A stretch of DNA of 64,000 bases from Eledone cirrhosa (Eukaryota), in NCBI GenBank assembly GCA_964016885.1, contig OZ024741.1:377766001-377830000 (forward strand), in the 5' to 3' direction. Within the stretch, counting starts at the first letter, position 1. Every line of letters begins with the position of its first letter. This document shows, one piece after another, positions 52,705 to 64,000 of the stretch. A program made the translations under genes and the position numbers. The notes under the pieces are model-generated. The model was not told where the DNA came from, made no database searches, and saw nothing but the letters and a program-made list of their open reading frames with translations.

Positions 52705-52751
<47 letters not shown>

Positions 52752-53310
52752 TGTGTGTATGTGTGTGAGTATGTATGTATGCATGTATGTATGTATGTGT
52801 GTGTGTGTGTGTGTTTTGTCATGTTCTCCTTCCTTTCTTATTGTCTTCAGTCGTTAAATTGTTGGCCGTTTCTATTTCACTCCCTGTTATGTTCAGGCTA
52901 TGTATATTTTCTGTTACGTGGTTGGCCTTACTAAATTGACTGAGTGCTGTCTCAGTTCTATAGGACATTTATTTCTAGGTTATCTATTGAGAACCATGTT
53001 ATAATTTGGCAAAAAAAGAAAAGACAGACAGAAAACAAGTGAACGGTAAAAACATCCAGGCATTTAAAACATGCATAGACATGACACACAATATCACACA
53101 CACACACACACGCATACAAAAGCACAGTTGCAAAAGCATGCACAAATATGAAACAGGAAACACTCATCAGGAAAATATAAAAAGGGCATCACGACAAAAT
53201 ACGATCCGCAAATATAACGATATCGATTTCAACACACGAGTTCATATAAATGTTCTTGGTGACCAAATGGATCAATCTTTTCATACACACACACGCACCG
53301 CACACACACA

Positions 53311-53352
<42 letters not shown>

Positions 53353-54425
53353 TACACACACACACACACATACACACACACACATACACACACACCCATA
53401 CAAACACACACATATATATGAAAGGTATATATTTTATATATGTATATGTGTGTGTCTCGATACTCAATAATTGAAGAAGATATCTATACAGCGAGGAATG
53501 ATTTGTTTAAAGAAATATGAATGGGAAACCCGTATGTAAATAGAGATCTGAAAATGTTTTCTTTCATAAATATCTCTTCTTTCTATCAACTTCTTACCGT
53601 ATAAAAATAACTGAAGCAACTGAATATCAAGTCTTGTGTTTTTATTGTATGGTATCGATGCTGTTTACACTAATCTTTCATTCTTTACACTCATATATTT
53701 GAAACCATATGCATTTGAATTATTGTCGAAATATTATTTATTTCGTTTGTTCCTGATTCAGGACGCTGTGTCACCGAATATTTGGGAAGAGCTTGTGTCA
53801 ATAAAATCGACTAAAATAACATTATTAAACCATAACACATTTCAGCAATATTGAATAAGATTCTCATCTTTATAGAGGAAAAATGAAATATCAAACCTAA
53901 AATAAAATAAGAATATTTTTAATTCATTCTTGCGGACATCAAGGTAGAAGAAAGATCCGGCAACGTGATGCTATTCAAAGAAATTGAGTTAAAACATTAC
54001 ATTAAAAAATAGCAAATATGCTTGGAAAATATAATGAAAACCTAATTCAAACCATTTTAGGGACTTTCCAATTTTTTTCAAAATACAAACATTAACGAAT
54101 TTTTTAAAGTTTTTTTTTTAAGGCTGATATTGATGAAGTAAGAATGGATGGACAAGGGAAAATGCGCATTAAATAAACAGAGAAAAAGTAATATAGCTTG
54201 AAAACAAATGTACAATAATGAAACAAAATGTTTCGAAAATCTCGATAAAAAGACTCAGGCTACAAATATTTCAAAGAGAAAAAATATATTAATTCAATAC
54301 GTTAGAAAATAAAATGTATAGAAAATATAAAGAGAATATGGAACTTTATTAAAAATATTTATGAAGCGTTTACATTTAAACGTGTTTGAAATGATTTACA
54401 TCTTGGTTTCACATCATAAATAATA

Positions 54426-54534
<109 letters not shown>

Positions 54535-54579
54535 TGTATATATATATATATATATATTATTATTATTATTTAAAATCTT

Positions 54580-54882
54580 AACAAATGATTATTGATTATT
54601 CAATTCACGTACTGCCAATACGGGACTTGAATAATCAAGACCGTATCCGTATGTCATATACCAAATCCTATATTTTGTCTGATGAGGACGTACTGAAAAG
54701 AACAGTACAGTACCTTTGAAATATATATAATAAAGTATATATTTTGATTATGCGAATATTTTTCATTTGTTAACCTTTTGAATAATATCAAAAACTCCAG
54801 GAAAACCTTACAGTTGAGTGCTCTAATATATTGTAAAACTGTGTTGGTTGAGTAATCAACGAACTATATTAATCTTTGGTTA
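54580..54882 (+). mobile_element. PLE-type 3' end between (TA)n tracts
   Basis: Contains HHR 54669-54739; homologous to 31183-31420 and more distantly to 26890-27090. Confidence 0.65.
54669..54739 (+). ncRNA. Type I hammerhead ribozyme, canonical core
   Basis: tatattttgt CTGATGA ggacgtactg..cagtaccttt GAAA tatata TA ataaagtata (10-bp stem I with G-U pairs). Confidence 0.78.
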
Positions 54883-54904
54883 TATATATATATATATATA
54901 TAAT

Positions 54905-55104
54905 AACAAAGGAAATGTGGTAAGGAACCAGATGGACCATAACGCCCAAAAGTACTCAATACTTAGGGTAGTAGAGTGGGTAATAGGAACGAGTAGGACC
55001 CCGACGGCTGAGCTCAAGCCGTTTCGACGGCTAATTCTGGACTAATTGAGTCCAGAATTAGCCGTCGAAACGGCTTGAGCTCAGCTGTCGGGGTCCTACT
55101 CGTT

Positions 55105-55107
<3 letters not shown>
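54905..55107. mobile_element. Fold-back mini-element of family P4
   Basis: 54982-55043 is a near-perfect reverse complement of 55049-55107; the centre lies in HHR stem II. Confidence 0.8.
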
Positions 55108-55184
<77 letters not shown>

Positions 55185-55377
55185 TATATATTATATATTA
55201 TGGAATACTGTTGGTTTTTGCTACAATATTTTCTATTTTCTATACATTTCATTTATATATATATATATATAGTAAAAATAATGAATTTGAAGACTAAAAT
55301 CCCAGGAGGGTTCGATAAGGATAAATATATATCAAATATATAAGAATCATAGAGCAAATATTTCGACGTGAGTATGG

Positions 55378-55790
55378 GCTGAGGTCAGACACCTTGCTCT
55401 CCGGCCAACAACTGATTCTTTTTTTCAAATACCACTTTGGAAGAAGAATGAGGGTGGAGAGAGAGGTGCTGTACCCCAGCAAGTTTTATGAAAGTTGGTG
55501 AAAGTGGCGAGAATGGCCCTAGTGAATGGGCCTTCTCTCTATATCAGCCTGTAGGTTGAAGAAAAAGAGGAGGAGAGGAAAGGAGTGCAAACTCTTCGTA
55601 CTCCTGGAGATGTGGGTTGCACATTTTTTCGGGGTATGTGCTACCCATATGAACCGTCTCCCCCTATTGGGGAAAATCGACTAATTTTTGAAATTGCATT
55701 TGTGATAACATTTTACACGTTTTTATTGTATGTAAACTTCCCCCTTTGTATATGTTCCCTTCTTTTGTGCCCCTGTGGCTAATAAAGAAA
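55378..55790 (+). mobile_element. 3' fragment of a third Tx1-like subfamily, flanked by ~195-bp direct repeats
   Basis: LSGQQLILFFKYH..RMRVEREVLYP..W(V)KVARMALVNGP, 3' UTR cccctattgggg, end ccctgtggctaataaagaaa; 55181-55377 is repeated at 55791-55981. Confidence 0.82.
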
Positions 55791-58382
<2,592 letters not shown>

Positions 58383-58698
58383 GAGGTTAACCGAATAGGG
58401 GTTTGCGGACCATATTATGATTTGTCTGTTGCGAAGCAGATGGAAAAGGGGCAGGCCGTTGAAGCAACAACACCACACAATCGGCCAGCCACATGTACTA
58501 TGAAAAGAACATTATTTCGGGGAAATTATTGGATTTATCCAAATTAAATATTTCACCGTCTGAAGAGATCTGGCTATCATAACCGACAGTCCTCAATGAG
58601 ATATGTATAACAGAGATTTAAATAAACCTGATTAAACTGGATATGGCTTCCGATCTTTTATTAATATATATATACATACAAGTTGTATATTCCACTTG

Positions 58699-58740
<42 letters not shown>

Positions 58741-58750
58741 GACACATACA

Positions 58751-58794
<44 letters not shown>

Positions 58795-59734
58795 TGGAAG
58801 CTTAGTAATATCGATGATTTCGTAATGGGCAAGCAAAGTCGACCTACAATAGGAATGAGTTACCAAAGCACTCAATAAGGGTAGGTTCTTAGAGTAATAA
58901 CATACGTTTAAATAGCTTGACAAATTGAACATTGCGGTAAGCAAAACCCAACCACACAATACCAAAGTAACGAAAGAACTAACAGGTTAAATGATATACC
59001 TGGACAAATCAAACGGTATACGTCTAAAGTGTTTCTATAAATCCGAAATCATTCATGCAACTTACGTAACACGCACGTTCGTGGTATTCCATGATCGAGC
59101 AGAGGATTCATTTCATCAACAGCGATTCCGTTCTGCCTCAAAGCGCTTTGAACAAACAAAATGCGGCCGCTAAGAATGCAGCCAGCGAACACTTCACTGA
59201 CACGTGTTATTTCCTACAATGGATGCAACCCCCGGTTCTTGGCGGATAAATTCAAAGTGGTAACAAGGGAAATATTATCATTTGCGCTCAATCATTCCGA
59301 ATAAAAGCCGCCAAACATGTTATTAAACAAACACAAATAACCAATGAAAATAATTATCTAATTAAATTAATTAGTTAATTATTAAATCTAGGAGAAAATA
59401 ATACAAGTTTGAAGCTTAGTAAAATGCTATATATATATATATATATATATATAGCATTGTCGGCTAATAAAACTTTTGATGTATTGAAGGCTTCTTTGTT
59501 TTACTTTCTTAATTATTCGGCTCTGTTTAACTACAATGAGCTATACCTTTTACTGTCATTTCTATAATACTTTCTGCTGCTTAAACCATTTTGTTTGTTT
59601 ACCCTAGCGTCCCCTTTATTTACGTGTCCCAACGACTTTTTTTTAGCCGTTGCTCGCACCAACCTGAGGTATATGGCCTTTAATGCGACGAAATGCCTAC
59701 GACGGTTGGATGGCCACTGATGAGGACAAACTTT

Positions 59735-60146
<412 letters not shown>

Positions 60147-60860
60147 CCGTGGGGAGCTTATAGATAGGACAACACACGCTGTCTTTTCGTGGGGTAAGTT
60201 TTTTAATTAATTTTTGTATTCTGAAACATAAAAATACAACAATTTTTTGTCACTGGACTCGGGAATGTCACGACAGAAGTTTGTGGAAGTTACACAAATA
60301 TTTTAATATATTTTACCAGAGCGATCCTTATTTATATTTTAGATTTTACATTTACTTACATCTCAATATAACATGGCTAAAATTCAAATTTTGCAAAAGG
60401 ACAAATGAACTAGATACATCTCACTGTCCTCCGCCACCACAATAACGTCTACACTCTCTCCCCACCATCACATGTCATTACCCTATCTAGACTAAAGTCT
60501 CTACTCTGTGTTGAATGTGTATATATATAGATATGTATGTATATGTGTGTATATACATCACTCAGTCAAACGACCAGATTTCAACCCCAACATCTACAAC
60601 AACAACAGCAGCACTAATGTTTACAGCAGCAAATGTTTACAGCTTCAGAATGAATTGAAATGAATATTTACAACAACAACAACAGCGGCATCAAAAGATA
60701 AAAAGAAAAAAAAACCCACAAACAAACAAAAAAACTCAAAATAACAAAACACACACACACATGCACAGAACACAACAACAACATCAACTGTCACCACCAC
60801 CACACCGCCATCACCGCCGCCATCACCATCACCAGCGACCGGGCCTTAAGAAAACAACTT

Positions 60861-61025
60861 TAATAATAATTTTTCTGCTTTTGGCAGGGATCCAGCGACT
60901 GGTCCAGCGCATCACTGGTACTCTCTTTTGTTGACTCCGTGGGGATGAAAGGCAAGGTTGACCTCGGCGGGATTTGAGCTCAGAGCGTGGAGAGCCATAA
61001 CTCTATGCTGTAAAGCTATTATAAT
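60861..61025 (-). mobile_element. Diverged tRNA-derived SINE
   Basis: rc contains ctctgagctcaaatcccgccgaggtcaaccttgcctttcatcccc..gtaccagtg..tgccaaaagcagaaa followed by (att)n. Confidence 0.8.
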
Positions 61026-61674
61026 AATACTGGACTGTAATACGAAGTGCTTCAACTATACAAACTCTTGAAAGTCAACAGTTGACATAATCTTGTAATC
61101 TTGTATCAGTAATGACGGTAATATATATATATATATATGTGTGTGTAAGTGAGTAGCGTGTGTGTGTTTGTTTGTATGTATGAGTGTTGCTGTGTGCGCG
61201 CGTATGTATGCGTGTGTGTGCGCGCATATGTATGCGCGTGTGTGTATGTCGTACGTATAAGTGTCAATAAGTGGTTTTTTTTTGGTTTTTTTTGCGCGGG
61301 GACATAGAAATAATCGGGCTGGATGCCCGATCGCGCAGTTAAACCACTGGGATTGAAGAACCCCTAGCCCTTGTCAGGGCATTCTTCTAGGAGAAGGCAT
61401 CTCAGGAAACTGGGTTAACTCCGACGTAAAACCTGCGGCTCAGTAGTTACCGATGATGTTGATCTTTTCTTCTTTTCGGGTTGTAGCTACTGTCGCTCAG
61501 AGAGTAGGATTGGCTCAGTGCACAGTCTTTCCACACTTTAAAAATATTCGTCATACACATGCATTGCCCGAGTGCATTAATAATTATTAATAGTGTACTA
61601 TTATCATTATTATTATTGTTACTATTATTACTTTTTTTTTTTTTTTTTTCCAATTCAATGATCCAGAACAATAT

Positions 61675-61759
61675 AAAAGAGATAATTGGCAGTTTAGGTT
61701 CTGGAACAAAAAAGATAATTAGCAATTTAGGTTCTGGAACAAAAAATATAATTGGCAAT
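61675..61759. repeat. 33-bp tandem repeat (~2.5 copies) upstream of the RTE ORF
   Basis: aaa(g/a)agataatt(g/a)gca(g/a)tttaggttctggaac repeated. Confidence 0.8.
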
Positions 61760-61825
61760 AGAGGCAGGGGCCCAAGTTATCACAGCCTGGGCCCGCTCGT
61801 CATCGTGCCATTGTAATAGAGCCAA

Positions 61826-64000
61826 ACAAGGCATTTAGTCTTGGCTGGTGGAACGTAAGGACGCTGCTTGACAGGGATTCCTTGGAGCGTCCTGAACGAA
61901 GGACCGCTCTTGTTGCAAAGGAGCTTCGACGTTACGATCTTGACATCGTGGCTTTATCTGAGACGAGGTTAGCTGGAGATGGTCATCTTACAGAATTTTG
62001 TGGAGAATATACATTCTTCTGGAAAGGAAGAGATGAAGGAACCAGAAGAGAGGCTTGGCTAGGATTTGCTGTTAAGACTGTACTTGTGAATAAATTAGAA
62101 GAATTCCCAGTAGGGATTAGTGAGCGTCTTAATTCCATGAGAATTCCGCTGGACAGAGGAAGATATGCGACCCTGGTGAGTGTGTATTCTCCAATTATGA
62201 ATTCTGTCGATGAAGAAAAAGTGTCCTTTAACCATGCCTTGAAATGTGTTTTAAGAAATATCCCTCAGGCAGACAAAGTCATCGTGCTTGGTGACTTTAA
62301 TGCTAGAGAGGGTAGAGATTTTAACACATGGAATGTAATCGAAAGGCATGGGGTGGGAAAGTGTAACAACAATGGTATGCTCCTGCTGCAGATGTGTGAG
62401 GAGCTGGAACTATGTGTTACCAACACCATGTTCCAACAAAAGAACACATTCAAGACCACATGGATGCATTCTGCATCTAAGGAATGCCATCTTTTGGACT
62501 ACGTCTTAGTCAGGATGCGTAACAGACAGGATGTGCAGTGTGTTCGTGATCTTCGTGGGGCTGAGTGCTGGACGGACCACCGCCTGGTACGCGCAAAAGT
62601 AAAACTAATCACTAAACGTAAAATCGGGGCTCCTGGTGTTGCCCTGCCCAAAAGATTGAATGCTGCTCGTCTTAAGGATAAAAATGTGAAGAGGACATTG
62701 GAAGAAGAGATGCAGGCTGCAGATCTTGGTGAGGATTGGCCGACCCTTAAAAAGTCGGTTTATGATGTAGGCAGGCGTGTTCCGGGATTGGCGCAGAGGA
62801 AACATCAGGACTGGTTTAATGAGAATGATGTACATATAGAAGACTTGTTGGCTGATAAGAGGCGTGCTCTGTCACGCTACTTGACGGCAAAACCACAGTA
62901 GAGGAATACGTTGCATGAGGAACTCAAGGGTGTAAAATAACGTGTTAGGCGGAGTCTTTCTCAGATGAAGGATCAGTGGTGGAGTGAGAAGGCTGGTGAG
63001 ATACAAACTGCGTCAGATTCCAATAACACAAAGCTGTTGTACAGTCTCTGGCGTGAAGTTTATGGACCGTCTTCTTCTCTGGTGACACCGCTTCGCAGCA
63101 AGGATGGCAAAGAACTTCTTCGTGACTCACAAGGAATTCTATGAAGGTGGCGAGAGCGCTTTGATGATCTTTTGAATCAGCCATCTGTCGTCAGTGAAGA
63201 TTTCCTCAATCTAATTCCAGAAAGTCCTGTGAAAGTAGCTCTCACAGAACCTCCGACGCTTGTGAAGGTTGCAGTGGATATTTCGAAGCTGAACAGTGGA
63301 AGATCTCCAGGTATGGATGGCATACATGCTGAGCTCCTACAAATTTGTGGTGAGAGACTCCTGCAACATCTTCACTCTTTGTTTGGCAGGATATGGGCTA
63401 ATGAATCCGTACCTGAGGACTGGAGAGATGCAGTAATGGTAGTCTTGTACAAGGGAAAGGGTAACAGGAATGATTGTGGGAACTACAGAGGTATATCATT
63501 GCTTTCTGTCGTAGGGAAAGTTTTATGTAGGGGGCTTCTGGACCGTCTGCTGACACACATTGCAGATTGTGTTCTTCCTGAAAGTCAATCTGGTTTTCGT
63601 GCTGGACGCGGCACTACTGATATGATCTTCTCAGCTAGACATCTCCAGGAGAAGTGCATGGAACAAGGGTTGGATCTGTATCAGGTTTTTGTCGATTTGA
63701 CGAAAGCTTTCGATACTGTTAACAGAGATGCATTATGGAAGGTTCTCCAGAAACTTGGTTGACCTGATAAGTTCCTTGCTTTAGTTAGGTCTTTCCATGA
63801 AGACATGAAGGCTTGGGTTAATGTCGGAGGTAACATGTCGGAGCCTATCTCAGTAAAATATGGAGTGAAACAGGGGGATATTCCAGCACCGACCCTGTTT
63901 GCCATATACTTTGCAATGGTTTTCTGTATTGCATTCAGGAATTGCGAGCATGGTGTTTACATCCGACATCGAGCCTCAGGCAGCATATTTAACTTCAGGC
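61826..64000 (+). pseudogene. RTE APE-RT ORF with several in-frame stops
   Basis: ORF-track pieces 61882-62901 and 63172-63762 are in one frame, separated by stops. Confidence 0.85.

Larger units (their letters stand above)
61294..64000 (+). mobile_element. RTE-clade (BovB-like) LINE, degenerate, continues past the window end
   Basis: WNVRTL, RPERRTALVAKELRRYDLDIVALSETRL, VLGDFNA, LLDYVL, TDHRLV, RSPGMDGI, NYRGISLL, ESQSGFR, FVDLTKAFD, GVKQGD; 5' boundary approximate. Confidence 0.9.

Noticed and set aside
52480-54420. Non-repetitive AT-rich stretches as possible exons
   Set aside because: No sustained reading frame with credible splice sites or recognisable motif
58555-58617. Possible HHR (CTGAAGA...GAGA tatgta TA)
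   Set aside because: GAAA is mutated, there is no convincing stem II, and stem I is weak; at best a decayed relic
59647-59732. GACGAAA and CTGATGAGGAC fragments close together
   Set aside because: Could not assemble stems I-III in any hammerhead permutation
61294-61460. Hairpin-rich RTE 5' region as an HDV-like ribozyme
   Set aside because: Several hairpins are present, but I could not build the nested double pseudoknot by eye

Overview
Gene-poor, repeat-saturated animal DNA. The tRNA-derived SINE and the dense (TA)n/(CA)n tracts suggest an octopod cephalopod (inference). No intact host gene is visible. 1-23 kb is a nest of (TAA)n-associated non-LTR retrotransposons: two R4/Dong-like restriction-endonuclease families on + and two Tx1/L1-like APE elements on -, twice meeting tail-to-tail. 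23-60 kb is a (TA)n-rich zone dominated by several Penelope-like element (PLE) families with fold-back ends. It also holds a decayed Helitron, SINE copies and a multi-kb inverted duplication (about 34.0-42.7 kb vs 43.9-50.5 kb). An RTE-clade LINE starts at about 61.3 kb. The most striking signal is at least 8 sequence types of type I hammerhead ribozyme (HHR) motif at PLE-type 3' ends. They include two U3-A8 compensatory cores with very long stem II, one family with a U4A core in several copies, and one family whose palindromic copies turn around inside HHR stem II. Second, the SINE shares its last ~28 nt and its ATT insertion preference with the Tx1-like LINEs. All structures were read by eye. 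Boundaries are approximate (tens of bp) and no activity is demonstrated.
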